From Opitutaceae bacterium (lineage in GTDB: Bacteria; Verrucomicrobiota; Verrucomicrobiia; Opitutales; Coraliomargaritaceae), in the NCBI GenBank assembly GCA_051252375.1, contig JBPOFY010000005.1, forward strand, positions 149,406 to 213,405: a stretch of DNA of 64,000 bases. Direction: 5' to 3'. How positions within the stretch are numbered: the first letter of the stretch is position 1; every line of letters begins with the position of its first letter. The notes under the pieces are model-generated. The model saw only the letters and a list, made by a program, of their open reading frames with translations, made no database searches and was not told where the DNA came from. A program made the translations under genes and the position numbers. Below, in pieces: positions 1 to 9,844 of the stretch.

Positions 1-17
1 AAACGCGTTAACGCTGT

Positions 18-2993
18 ATGTCGAAACCCGCACCAAAATTTGATCGCAGCTTTTTAATCGAGCTGGGAGGGGGCCTTGTTTTTAAGCAAGCCGAGCGCTT
101 GTTTGAAACAGGAGCGGTGAAATCGGTTGTGTGGGAGAGCCCTGTGCTCATCGGCAAAGTCAAAGGTATGAACGCCACTTATGAGCCGAAGCTCAATCTT
201 CGCTCCACGGTGTTTGCGGTGAACAACTGCAACTGTGAGGACGGACAGAAGCGTAAGGTCTGCGCACACGCGATTGCTGCAGCTTTGCATTTTCAGGCAT
301 TGAAAGAAGAAGCCAAGCACGTGGTGGTTGCCGAAACCATCGTCGAGGAAGCTGAACCTGAGCCTACCGGACCTGTGGCACCAAAGTTGCGTTCTTTAAA
401 AACTTCGGAGGATGGTATGAACCTGCGCATGTTGGTTTTCTTGCCGCCTAATTTTGAAGCTGCCGTTGAGCGTGATGCCATCGTGGTCAAAGTAGATGCC
501 GCGGCAGGTCGCGAGATCTTGCCGCTAGGCAATGTGAATACGGGAAAGGCTTATAAGATTTCTCCGGCGCAAGAGAAGGCGTTGATCTTGGTGGAGGCTT
601 GGTGCGGAGGGAAAATGGCGAGTTTACTTCAGCTCACCGCTGGGCGCCTGCGTCGCTTATTGGATCTATTGGTCGATGAGCCAGTCGTCTATTGGGTGAA
701 AAAGCCCAATGCCCCCATCGATTGGGTAGACGGGAAATTGCCGGAAGTGTATTCTCTGTTGCCTGAACCCACAATTGAAGCGGAGGAGGAAGATGCACCA
801 GTTGCGGTAGAAGAACCCAAGCGCTTGAGCTTTAAGCAGGGTATCAGTTTACGCGAGAAACCGAGACCAAATCTACGTGCCATCGCTGAAGCAAAGAGAC
901 CGAAGCTGTTTCAAACGCGGGCAGGGGACTATCCGACCGCCAGTGCCGTTTCGGAATCGATGGAGAATTATGATTCTAAGAGCATTGTTGTAGATGGCTC
1001 ACTTAATTTTATAGCCATCCGTTTGCCGTCGTCAGATGTGGATTCGGTCAAGCCACTGCGCGATATTTTGAAAACCTCAGGGTTCATGTTGGAACCTTCG
1101 AATCGAAAGTGGTGGCTACGCGACCGGCATAAGACATTGAACTTTCTCGCCTCGCATTGGCGTGAATTGAAAGACCAATGGCAGGCGGTGTTTACTAAGA
1201 ATTTCGAAGATAAACTAGCGCATGTAGAACTCTCAGCGCTCAACATCGAAACCAAAGAAGAAGCGGGTAAGTTCTCCTTGGAAGTGAGCTTAAGCAAAGA
1301 GGGTGACGAGACGGACTTGCGCCGCGCTATTGCCAGCGGTAAGAGTTACATTGATACCGAAGAGGGCACGATCACGCTTTTGGATACCGCTTCGGTTAAC
1401 AAACTGCACGAGATCGAACGCGCGATTAGCGGACAAGCAGATCGTCCGTTTACACCGACTTTTAGCAAGCGCCTCGAAACACAAGAGCTGGTTGATGTAG
1501 AAGACTTGCTCGATGAAATGACCGAGGGCTGGCAACCGCCGCAGGCTTGGCAGTCACGTAGTTTGGCGCTCAAGCAAGTGGGTGCTCTCGAAGCCGCGCC
1601 TATTCGACCGGGCTTTGATGCGATTTTACGCACTTATCAACGTATCGGTGTGGCATGGCTCTGGCATCTCTATCGAAACGAACTTGGTGGCATTCTCGCT
1701 GATGAAATGGGCTTGGGTAAAACACTGCAGGCCTTGGCTTTGATTGAGTGCATTCGAACGACCAATAAAGAGTCGATGCCGGCGCTGGTTGTCTGTCCTG
1801 CGAGTTTGGTGGAAAATTGGATGCGTGAGGCCGCACGGTTTACGCCGGGACTGAAGCTCGCCAAGCACCACGGCACCAAGCGTGCGAAAGAGCCCGCAGA
1901 TTTGGAACAAGTCGACATCGTGATCACCTCCTACGGCACCTTGCGTCAGGATAGTGATATGCTTTCCACAATGGACTGGTGTGTCGTGATTGGTGATGAA
2001 GCTCAGCATATTAAAAACCGTCGCACGCAGAATGCGAAGTCGCTCACGCGCCTACATAGTAAAGGTCGCTTCTTGCTGACCGGCACGCCAGTTGAAAACT
2101 CGCTGGATGATCTCTTGTCACTGTTCGCCTTCCTTATGCCGGGCTATTTGCAGACCGCACACGGTAAGCTTTCGCAGGAGGATAAGGCATGGCATAGCAA
2201 ACGTCAGACCGCGCGAGCCGCTGCCTACATTTTACGGCGCACAAAGAAGGAAGTGGCGCCAGAGCTACCGGATAAAATCGAGAAGACTTTCTTCTGCGAA
2301 CTGGGGAGCAAGCAGCATCGTTTCTATCAAGATACTCTAGAGAAAACGCGCCGCGAAATTTTCAATTTGGAAATGGCTGGAGCCAATGCAGGGCGTGTGC
2401 AGTTTGCCGCCTTTACGGAGTTGCTACGTTTGCGACAGGCCTGTGTCGATCCGCGTATCATCGACGAGACTTTTCCCGAGAAAGAATCCGCCAAGCTCGC
2501 CGCCTTCGATGAAGTGCTGGATGAGTGTATCGATGCAGGTAGCCGTATCTTGGTCTTCTCCAGCTTTGTGACTGCGCTGAAGTTGCTCGCACAGCACTTG
2601 GAGACCAAGGGGCACAAGTTTTCTTACCTCGACGGTAAGACCCGAAACCGTCTCGCGGTTTGTGATCAGTTCAATGAAGACGAGAGCATACCGGTATTCT
2701 TGATTTCGCTCAAAGCTGGTGGCACTGGTCTCAACTTAACCGGAGCCGACACCGTCGTGCACTACGACCCTTGGTGGAATCCTGCCGCCGAAGCTCAAGC
2801 AACCGACCGAGCGCACCGTATCGGGCAAAAGAAAGTCGTCACAAGTATCAAGCTTATCGCCGCCAACACAGTGGAAGAAAAAGTCCTCGAGTTGCAGGCG
2901 AAGAAAGCAGAGATCCTCAAAGAGCTCTTCGAAGAATCCGAAGCTGCCAACGCCAAGGTCAGCTTGGACGACATCAAGAGCCTGTTAGATTAA
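18..2993 (+). CDS. SNF2-family helicase with N-terminal SWIM zinc finger
   Basis: CNC-x8-CAH SWIM motif; [10 protein letters not shown] (motif I), DEAQ (II), LTGTP (III), [22 protein letters not shown] (VI). Confidence 0.93.
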   Translation: MSKPAPKFDRSFLIELGGGLVFKQAERLFETGAVKSVVWESPVLIGKVKGMNATYEPKLNLRSTVFAVNNCNCEDGQKRKVCAHAIAAALHFQALKEEAKHVVVAETIVEEAEPEPTGPVAPKLRSLKTSEDGMNLRMLVFLPPNFEAAVERDAIVVKVDAAAGREILPLGNVNTGKAYKISPAQEKALILVEAWCGGKMASLLQLTAGRLRRLLDLLVDEPVVYWVKKPNAPIDWVDGKLPEVYSLLPEPTIEAEEEDAPVAVEEPKRLSFKQGISLREKPRPNLRAIAEAKRPKLFQTRAGDYPTASAVSESMENYDSKSIVVDGSLNFIAIRLPSSDVDSVKPLRDILKTSGFMLEPSNRKWWLRDRHKTLNFLASHWRELKDQWQAVFTKNFEDKLAHVELSALNIETKEEAGKFSLEVSLSKEGDETDLRRAIASGKSYIDTEEGTITLLDTASVNKLHEIERAISGQADRPFTPTFSKRLETQELVDVEDLLDEMTEGWQPPQAWQSRSLALKQVGALEAAPIRPGFDAILRTYQRIGVAWLWHLYRNELGGILADEMGLGKTLQALALIECIRTTNKESMPALVVCPASLVENWMREAARFTPGLKLAKHHGTKRAKEPADLEQVDIVITSYGTLRQDSDMLSTMDWCVVIGDEAQHIKNRRTQNAKSLTRLHSKGRFLLTGTPVENSLDDLLSLFAFLMPGYLQTAHGKLSQEDKAWHSKRQTARAAAYILRRTKKEVAPELPDKIEKTFFCELGSKQHRFYQDTLEKTRREIFNLEMAGANAGRVQFAAFTELLRLRQACVDPRIIDETFPEKESAKLAAFDEVLDECIDAGSRILVFSSFVTALKLLAQHLETKGHKFSYLDGKTRNRLAVCDQFNEDESIPVFLISLKAGGTGLNLTGADTVVHYDPWWNPAAEAQATDRAHRIGQKKVVTSIKLIAANTVEEKVLELQAKKAEILKELFEESEAANAKVSLDDIKSLLD

Positions 2994-2996
2994 ATT

Positions 2997-4055
2997 TTAT
3001 CCGCGGCGAGCTAGGACGGCTTGGGCGAGTTCTTGGAAGATAGGCTCGGTGGCTTCGAAGTCGATGCAGCCGTCGGTGATGCTTTGGCCGTAGGTATTTT
3101 CGCCGCCTTCTTTGTAGTCTTGGCGTCCAGCGACAAGGTGGCTTTCGAGCATGATACCGGCGATGCCTTTTTGTCCGGCGGCGATTTGCTCGGCGAGGAC
3201 ATGGGCGACTTCAGACTGACGTGTGTAGTCTTTGTTGCTGTTGCCGTGGCTGCAGTCGACGATGAGGTAGGGTGGCAGTTTGACAGCTTCGAGTTGTTCT
3301 AGGATGGGCTCGATGTCTTTGGCTTCGTAATTCGGCCCCGTGCGGTTGCCGCCGCGCAGTATGACGTGGGCGGAGGAGTTGCCCGTTGTTTGAAAGATAG
3401 CGGTCACGCCTTGTTTGGTGACGGAAGGGAACCAGTGTGGTTGGGCGGCAGAGCGCACGGCGTCGATCGCGATTTGCACGTTGCCGCTGGTGCCGTTTTT
3501 GAATCCGACTGGCATGGAGAGTCCGGAAGCGAGTTCGCGGTGAACCTGGCTCTCGGTGGTGCGTGCGCCGATGGCTGACCATGCGATGGCGTCGGCAATG
3601 AATTGAGGGATGATCGTGTCGAGGAATTCGGCGCCTGTGGGGAGACCGAGTTCGCAGATGTCGACGAGGAGTTGACGCCCGACGCGGAGACCGGTGTTGA
3701 TCTCGAAACTGCCGTCGATCTTGGGGTCGTTGATCAAGCCTTTCCAGCCGACCACGGTGCGAGGCTTTTCAAAGTAAACCCGCATGATGATTTGTAGCTC
3801 GGCTTTATACTTTTCGGCGTAAGGTAATAAGCGCTGTGCATATTCCATCGCTGCTTTCGTATCGTGGATCGAGCAGGGACCGACAACGACGATGAGTCGG
3901 TCGTCATCGCCACGAAGGATGGCTTCGCTTTCGGTGCGGCCTTGGTCGATGACCGCAGTGGCTTTGTCGGTGAGCGGAATTTCTTCAATCAGAATCGCAG
4001 GAGAGAGCAGCGGGCGCATTGCCCCGATACGGGTGTCGTCGTGTGGTGTGAGCAT
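2997..4055 (-). CDS. aroG: 3-deoxy-7-phosphoheptulonate (DAHP) synthase, class I alpha (AroF/G/H type)
   Basis: VVGPCSIHD, RVYFEKPRT..GWKGLINDP, IGARTTESQVHRE, DCSHGNS, YGQSITDGC; feedback specificity cannot be assigned. Confidence 0.93.
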   Translation of the reverse strand: MLTPHDDTRIGAMRPLLSPAILIEEIPLTDKATAVIDQGRTESEAILRGDDDRLIVVVGPCSIHDTKAAMEYAQRLLPYAEKYKAELQIIMRVYFEKPRTVVGWKGLINDPKIDGSFEINTGLRVGRQLLVDICELGLPTGAEFLDTIIPQFIADAIAWSAIGARTTESQVHRELASGLSMPVGFKNGTSGNVQIAIDAVRSAAQPHWFPSVTKQGVTAIFQTTGNSSAHVILRGGNRTGPNYEAKDIEPILEQLEAVKLPPYLIVDCSHGNSNKDYTRQSEVAHVLAEQIAAGQKGIAGIMLESHLVAGRQDYKEGGENTYGQSITDGCIDFEATEPIFQELAQAVLARRG

Positions 4056-4064
4056 GTTTTATTA

Positions 4065-4130
4065 AAGTTGGGAAGTTGGGAAGTTGGGAAGTTGGGAAGT
4101 TGGGAAGTTGGGGAGGTTAGGAAGTTGGAA
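4065..4130. repeat. Octamer tandem repeat (AAGTTGGG)x6 plus 2 degenerate units
   Basis: Read directly; starts about 10 bp upstream of the DAHP synthase start codon. Confidence 0.95.
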
Positions 4131-4132
4131 AT

Positions 4133-4204
4133 TCTTAATCTTACTTGTAATCTTAATCCCAAATGATTCGACGATTATGATTAAGAGTAGGATTATGATT
4201 AAGA
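4133..4204. repeat. Imperfect inverted repeat built of TAATCW/GATTAW hexamers
   Basis: 4133-4158 matches the reverse complement of 4173-4198 at 21/26; 14-bp spacer. Confidence 0.8.
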
Positions 4205-4217
4205 CGCTGGAAGCGGT

Positions 4218-5093
4218 TTATTGCGGCAGCATGTTGGACTGGCTGACGATGAATAACATCAGTAGGCTGAATGCGTTGAAGAACGCATGAAAGCACATGG
4301 GGACTAAAATGTTGCCTGACTTTTCGTAAACGCGGGCGAGGACGACTCCGACCATGATGAGGGGGACGAAGGAGAGCAGGTTGCCATGCATGATCGCGAA
4401 CACGGCCCCGCTGAGAACTTGGGCGGCGATGAAGGCCATCTTGCTTTTAAGGAAACGGTAGATGCAGCCACGGAAAATGAGTTCTTCTACAATAGGAGCG
4501 AGGATGACTGCAAAAATGATGAGCAAGCCAATCGCGAATGGATCGCCGCCGCCTTGAAACAGGGTGATCAGTTCTTGGGGTTCGATTTCCTCGATCAGTC
4601 CGAGGGCTTGGAAGATTTCTAGGAATTTTGTCCAAGCAAAGGTGACGATCCAAATGACCGGCAGGAACATCAGAAAGAGGGGTGCGGCTTCCTTCAGCGC
4701 TGCGCCTAAGCTATAACCCTGTGAATTTAGGCGACCGCCAAACTCATTGGGGATGAAATGACGGAGGAAGTAAAAAACTGCGAGGAGTGGAACCTGTAGG
4801 AGCAGCACCGCTGCGACTGCTATCCAAGGAGTCAGCTCGCCATCATTTGCATGGATACTATCTTTGAGGAAATGCGCGCCTGATATTTGCACGAGCGATA
4901 CGATGACAACTTCGGCGCAAATAAAGAGCAGGAAGTTGACCCAACCGATGGCCCAGACGGGTGTGTTGGCGTCGGGTATGATTTCGGTTCGTGGGCGTTG
5001 GATATGGCGTATCCATAGCGTGGCACTACTGCCTAATACGGCGAGTATGATTACAGTTGCAGCTATGGCTGCTGCGTCGAGCTCCGGTGTCAT
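4218..5093 (-). CDS. CPBP (CAAX/Abi) family intramembrane metalloprotease
   Basis: Multi-TM; EELIFRG, FAIMH, HAFFN motifs. Confidence 0.9.
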   Translation of the reverse strand: MTPELDAAAIAATVIILAVLGSSATLWIRHIQRPRTEIIPDANTPVWAIGWVNFLLFICAEVVIVSLVQISGAHFLKDSIHANDGELTPWIAVAAVLLLQVPLLAVFYFLRHFIPNEFGGRLNSQGYSLGAALKEAAPLFLMFLPVIWIVTFAWTKFLEIFQALGLIEEIEPQELITLFQGGGDPFAIGLLIIFAVILAPIVEELIFRGCIYRFLKSKMAFIAAQVLSGAVFAIMHGNLLSFVPLIMVGVVLARVYEKSGNILVPMCFHAFFNAFSLLMLFIVSQSNMLPQ

Positions 5094-5105
5094 TATCGGA
5101 AGCGC

Positions 5106-6401
5106 TTACGCGGTGATGCTTTGACCATCGAAGATTTGCTTGCCGTTGACGAAGGTGGCTTTGACTTTTCCTTTTAGTGTCTGTCCGTGCCATGGGCAAT
5201 TGCGTGACTTACTGAAGAATTTGTCTGCGTCGACGGTCCAGCTTTCGTCGGGGTCGAAGAGGCAGATGTCGGCGGGTGCACCGTCGCTGAGTGTGCCGGC
5301 GTCGAGCTTGCAAAGTTCCGCGCCTTTGTGGGTCATGAGTGCGATGACTTCGTTGAGAGAGAGACGTTTGCTGTGGTAGAGTGTGCCCAAGCTGCTCGCA
5401 AGTGAGTTTTCGAGTCCGATGATACCGAAGGGGGCGTAATCAAATTCGCAGTCCTTCTCGGTCGGCGTGTGCGGTGCATGATCGGTGGCGATACAATCGA
5501 GTGTGCCATCGCAGAGACCTTGGATGAGTGCTTCGCGGTCAGCGTCGGTGCGCAGCGGCGGGTTCATCTTAAAGCCGGTGTCGTAGTCGGCTAGTTTTGC
5601 ATCGGTAAATTCGATATGGTGTGGGCTGGCTTCGCCGCTTACGGGGACGCCGCGCTCTTTGGCTCGGCGTAGGATGTCGACCGAGGCGGAGGAGCTGACG
5701 TGCTGCATGTGAATGTGCGCGCCCGTGATCTCGGCGAGTATCACATTACGCGCGACGATGATGTCTTCGGCGGCTTTGGGCCAGCCACGTAACCCGAGGC
5801 GGAGGGACCATTCGCCTTCGTTCATGACGGCACCTTCGGTGAGGTTGGCGTCTTGGCAGTGGTCCATGATGATGAGATCGAACATCTTGGCATACTCGAC
5901 CGCACGGCGCATGATTTCGTTGTTTTGCACGCACTGACCATCGTCGGTCATAGCGACGACTCCGGCGTTCTTAAGTTGTCCAGTTGGGGCGAGATGTTCG
6001 CCTTGCATGCCGAGTGTGAGGCAGCCAGTTGGGTAAACTTTGATCACTGCCTTACGTCGCACCTCGTCCATGATGCGCTGGATCGTGCCTGCATTGTCGC
6101 AGACCGGGCTGGTGTTGGGCATGCAGACGACGGAGGTGAACCCTCCTGCGGCGGCGGCTTTGGTGCCACTACTGATGTCTTCCTTATGAGTTTGGCCAGG
6201 ATAACGGAAGTGGACATGAATGTCGACTAAGCCCGGTGCGACGACGAGGCCGCTGGCGTCGACTTGTGTGGCCTCGGCTTTTTGAGCCTCGTTGAGGCTG
6301 CCAACCAGTTTGCCGTCGATGGCGAATACATCGCCTACGCTGTCGCGGTCATTTGCGGGGTCAATGACTCGACCGCCTTGGATCCATAGGATGTTGCTCA
6401 T
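5106..6401 (-). CDS. pyrC: Dihydroorotase
   Basis: DIHVHFR, AAAGGFT..MPNT, KMNPPLR, ATDHAPH; adjacent to pyrB. Confidence 0.95.
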   Translation of the reverse strand: MSNILWIQGGRVIDPANDRDSVGDVFAIDGKLVGSLNEAQKAEATQVDASGLVVAPGLVDIHVHFRYPGQTHKEDISSGTKAAAAGGFTSVVCMPNTSPVCDNAGTIQRIMDEVRRKAVIKVYPTGCLTLGMQGEHLAPTGQLKNAGVVAMTDDGQCVQNNEIMRRAVEYAKMFDLIIMDHCQDANLTEGAVMNEGEWSLRLGLRGWPKAAEDIIVARNVILAEITGAHIHMQHVSSSASVDILRRAKERGVPVSGEASPHHIEFTDAKLADYDTGFKMNPPLRTDADREALIQGLCDGTLDCIATDHAPHTPTEKDCEFDYAPFGIIGLENSLASSLGTLYHSKRLSLNEVIALMTHKGAELCKLDAGTLSDGAPADICLFDPDESWTVDADKFFSKSRNCPWHGQTLKGKVKATFVNGKQIFDGQSITA

Positions 6402-6413
6402 TGATAAAAAAGA

Positions 6414-7373
6414 TTAAGAGGGGAGTTCGATCGGGATGGAGCGATGGCGGCAGTGGCAGAGGTGTAGAATGGCCATGCGCACGACGATGCCGTTGGTGAC
6501 TTGCTGTAAGATCACGGAGCGATCCGAGTCGGCTAGTTCGGAGTCGATCTCGACGCCGCGATTGATTGGACCCGGGTGCATGATGATGGCGTCGGGCTTG
6601 AGCCATGCCGCGCGTTTCATATTGAGCCCGAACATGCTGGTGTATTCGCCAAGTGAGGGGAAGTGGGTGGATGCTTGGCGCTCGTGTTGGATGCGCAGTA
6701 GCATGACTGCGTCGGCGTCCTTCAATGCCTTCTTGAGGTCGTGGCAGACGGTGGCCCCCATGGCTTCAAATTCTTTAGGCACGAGTGTGCTAGGTCCAGC
6801 GATGGTGACTTTCGCGCCGAGCTTTTGTAGGCAGATGATATTGGATCGTGCCACGCGGCTGAAGAGGATGTCGCCTAAGATGGTGACGTGCTTGCCGTCC
6901 AGTGTGCCGAATTTTTCTAAAAGTGTGAAGGCGTCGAGCAGCGCTTGTGTCGGGTGGGCGTGGGAGCCATCACCTGCATTGATGACAGGGATGTCGACGA
7001 CTTTGCTAAGGTAGTTGGGCGCACCGGAGGCTGAGTGCCGCATGATGATCATGTCGGCTTTGAGCGCTGCCATGTTTTGTGCGGTGTCGCGCAGAGTTTC
7101 GCCTTTGGTCAGGCTGCTGACGTCACCCGTGACCGTAATGGTGTCGGCACTCAAGCGGCTGGCGGCGACCTCGAAAGCAAGTCGTGTCCGAGTGCTGGGC
7201 TCCAAGAAGAGGTTTACGATTGTGCGACCATTCAAGTAGGGCTGCTTTTTATCGTCAGCCTCCATCGCTTTCTTGAACGCGGTGGCTGCCGTAAAGATCG
7301 TCTCAATCTCCTCACGGGAGAGTGGTTCGACGTCGATTAGGTCTTTTCGGTTCCAGGATAAACTTTGGCTCAT
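6414..7373 (-). CDS. pyrB: Aspartate carbamoyltransferase catalytic subunit (start placed at MSQSLSW)
   Basis: EPSTRTR, HPTQALLD, MHPGPINRGVEI. Confidence 0.95.
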   Translation of the reverse strand: MSQSLSWNRKDLIDVEPLSREEIETIFTAATAFKKAMEADDKKQPYLNGRTIVNLFLEPSTRTRLAFEVAASRLSADTITVTGDVSSLTKGETLRDTAQNMAALKADMIIMRHSASGAPNYLSKVVDIPVINAGDGSHAHPTQALLDAFTLLEKFGTLDGKHVTILGDILFSRVARSNIICLQKLGAKVTIAGPSTLVPKEFEAMGATVCHDLKKALKDADAVMLLRIQHERQASTHFPSLGEYTSMFGLNMKRAAWLKPDAIIMHPGPINRGVEIDSELADSDRSVILQQVTNGIVVRMAILHLCHCRHRSIPIELPS

Positions 7374-7571
7374 TAGTGTATGGGTGCGCTGGCGGGCAAA
7401 AAACAAGCCCAGCTCCGAAAACGGAAATGTGCGTTTCAAAACAGAAAGGGCAACGAGAAATCGCGGAAAAGCACTGTCACTACAGGGATTTCATTGGTTG
7501 AGGGTGGTGGAAATTACCTTTTTACACGCGATTCGTCCGCTTGGTTCGACGTTGACTTTAATGAAAACTAG

Positions 7572-7589
7572 ACTTTGAGTATTCAAAGT
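7572..7589. promoter_or_regulatory. 18-bp palindrome ACTTTGAGTATTCAAAGT, candidate DtxR/TroR-family operator
   Basis: 8 of 9 pairs symmetric; directly abuts the troA ATG (7590) and overlaps a TAGACT -10-like hexamer (7569-7574). Confidence 0.6.
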
Positions 7590-8576
7590 ATGAAATTTGA
7601 GTTATCGTTATTGCGTCCATTAGCACTGCTTACAGTCGTGTTTTCATTGATTGGTTGTGCCCCGAGTGGTGGTGACGAGTCCGAGTCGGTGGAGTCGGGT
7701 GCGAGCCCCTACAAGGTGGTTTGCACTGTGGGTATGATCACAGACATCGTGCGCAATGTGGCTGGAGACTACGCCGAGGTGGAGGGCATCATTGGTGAAG
7801 GCGTGGATCCGCACCTCTACAAGCCGACTCGCAGCGATGTGGTGAAACTGAGTGGCGCGGACGTGGTTTTTTATAATGGATTGCTACTCGAAGGTAAAAT
7901 GACGGACGTGCTGGTGCGTGTGGCGACGACAGGCAAACCAGTGAAAGCGGTGACCGAGGCAATTTTGGATGAGACGGATTACTTAATGGATAAGGAAGAC
8001 GGCTCGGAATATACAGATCCGCACGTTTGGATGGATGTGAGCGGTTGGCTCAAGGCGGTGCCAGTTGTGGCTGAAACGCTGTCTGCGTATGATCCCGCAA
8101 ACGCAGCGACCTATCGTAGTAATGCCGCTGCTTATATGGAGCAACTTGAAGCCTTGAACGTTTATGCGAAAAAGGCGATGGCCACGATCCCAGAAGGGCA
8201 ACGTGTTTTGGTGACGGCTCACGATGCGTTTCGCTACCTAGGGCGTGCGTATGGCATAGAAGTGCGAGGCATTCAGGGGGTGAGCACCGAATCAGAGGCA
8301 GGTGTGCGTGATCTCGAAGATTTGGTTGATTTCATTGTGCATCGAAAGATCCCCGCTGTTTTTGTAGAGACTTCTGTGGCGGATAAGAATGTGCGTGCGC
8401 TGGTCGAAGGTTCCAAATCGCGTGGGCACCCAGTGGTGATCGGTGGCTCGCTCTTTTCCGACGCGATGGGCCAAGCCGGCACCTACGAGGGCACTTATAT
8501 TGGCATGATTGATAGCAACGTGACCACCATCGTGAACTCCCTTGGCGGGGAAGCTGCAGGTTTTCGGCAAGATTAA
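7590..8576 (+). CDS. troA: Mn/Zn/Fe ABC transporter substrate-binding lipoprotein (TroA-like)
   Basis: Lipobox LIGC; GVDPHLY, DPHVW, TAHDAFRY, LFSDAMG metal ligands. Confidence 0.92.
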   Translation: MKFELSLLRPLALLTVVFSLIGCAPSGGDESESVESGASPYKVVCTVGMITDIVRNVAGDYAEVEGIIGEGVDPHLYKPTRSDVVKLSGADVVFYNGLLLEGKMTDVLVRVATTGKPVKAVTEAILDETDYLMDKEDGSEYTDPHVWMDVSGWLKAVPVVAETLSAYDPANAATYRSNAAAYMEQLEALNVYAKKAMATIPEGQRVLVTAHDAFRYLGRAYGIEVRGIQGVSTESEAGVRDLEDLVDFIVHRKIPAVFVETSVADKNVRALVEGSKSRGHPVVIGGSLFSDAMGQAGTYEGTYIGMIDSNVTTIVNSLGGEAAGFRQD

Positions 8577-8597
8577 GGCGTTTTGTAGACTTATATT

Positions 8598-9015
8598 TTA
8601 ACCACAAAAATCACAGAAATCACAAAAATGGATACTCAAGAATTAGTTGATGTCGTTCGACAAACTGGTTTTGAAGTTCACGTGTATTTTAAGAATGGGT
8701 TTCTTGAAAAGGTATACGAGAACTCACTTGTTAATCGATTGCGTAGTAAGGGGATAGAAGTTGTTCAGCAGCATCCCTTAAGCGTCATTGATGAGGATGG
8801 TAGTGTTGTTGGTGAGTATTATGCCGATCTCTTTATTGGTGGGCAATTGATCGTTGAACTGAAGGCAGTGAAGCACCTCGACGTGAGTCACTATGCCCAA
8901 GTTTTGTCCTATTTGAAAACGTCTAATGTAAAACATGGAATGCTTATGAACTTTGGTGCTTCCAAGTTTGAAGTTAAGAAATTCGTTTTGTGATTTTTGT
9001 GTATTATGTGGTTAA
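8598..9015. mobile_element. Candidate minimal element: GxxExxY gene bracketed by 30-bp inverted repeats
   Basis: Left arm 8598-8627 and right arm 8986-9015 are 26/30 reverse-complementary; AT-rich; sits between troA and troB. Confidence 0.6.
8628..8993 (+). CDS. GxxExxY protein (PD-(D/E)XK nuclease-like)
   Basis: GFLEKVYE signature; YADL...IVELKAV; QVLSYLK...GMLMNFG. Confidence 0.92.
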   Translation: MDTQELVDVVRQTGFEVHVYFKNGFLEKVYENSLVNRLRSKGIEVVQQHPLSVIDEDGSVVGEYYADLFIGGQLIVELKAVKHLDVSHYAQVLSYLKTSNVKHGMLMNFGASKFEVKKFVL

Positions 9016-9028
9016 TTAAATTTTCATT

Positions 9029-9838
9029 ATGAACACTGTATCCAAAGAAATAATACATACAAACAGTGAGGCGGTATCGACGAAGTCGTTGCCTTTAGTG
9101 GTGCGAGATTTGACGGTGGCGTATCATCGTAAGCCAGTGGTTTGGGATGTGGAGCTTTCGATTCCAGAGGGGAAATTGGTCAGCATTGTTGGACCCAATG
9201 GTGCGGGTAAGAGCACATTGTTGAAGGCCGCGCTGGACCTGATCCCACGTTCTTCCGGTGAGGTGCTTATTTACGGTGAGCCTTATTCGAAAGCGCGTAA
9301 GCGAGTGGGCTATGTGCCGCAGCGCGAGAGTGTGGATTGGGATTTCCCGGTGAGTGCTCTCGATGTGGTTGCTATGGGCACCTACGGGCAGCTTGGTTGG
9401 TTTCGACGGGTGAATAAACGTTCGAAGGCGCTGGCGATGCAGGCTTTGGATCGTGTGGGACTCGCTGATTACGCGCATCGGCAAATTAGTCAGCTTTCAG
9501 GCGGGCAACAACAGCGCACTTTCTTGGCCCGTGCGTTGGTGCAAGATGCAGATATCTATTTTATGGACGAGCCATTTGCTGCGGTCGATGCGGCGACGGA
9601 GCGAGCGATTGTAGACTTGCTCAAAGAGCTACAGCAACGCGGTAAGACCTGTTTGGTGGTGCACCACGATTTGGCGACGGTGCCGGAATATTTTGATTGG
9701 ACGGTGTTGCTCAACATGCGCGTCGTGGCGAGTGGTCCGACTGAAGAAGTATTTAATCAGGAGAACTTGCATAAGACTTACGGTGGTAAGTTGACGCTCT
9801 TAAGCCAAGCCGCAGAGGAACTCATGCGAAAACGATGA
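9029..9838 (+). CDS. troB: Metal ABC transporter ATP-binding protein
   Basis: GPNGAGKST, LSGGQQQR, MDEPF, HHDL. Confidence 0.93.
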   Translation: MNTVSKEIIHTNSEAVSTKSLPLVVRDLTVAYHRKPVVWDVELSIPEGKLVSIVGPNGAGKSTLLKAALDLIPRSSGEVLIYGEPYSKARKRVGYVPQRESVDWDFPVSALDVVAMGTYGQLGWFRRVNKRSKALAMQALDRVGLADYAHRQISQLSGGQQQRTFLARALVQDADIYFMDEPFAAVDAATERAIVDLLKELQQRGKTCLVVHHDLATVPEYFDWTVLLNMRVVASGPTEEVFNQENLHKTYGGKLTLLSQAAEELMRKR

Positions 9839-9844
9839 AGTTGA

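Noticed and set aside
3864..4290. ORFs containing GSWEVGKL repeats
   Set aside because: Translations of the octamer microsatellite that overlap real genes on the opposite strand.
6436..7014. Long antisense ORFs (also 38488-39063, 40031-40777, 58009-58698 and similar)
   Set aside because: Shadow frames of well-supported genes, with no motifs of their own.
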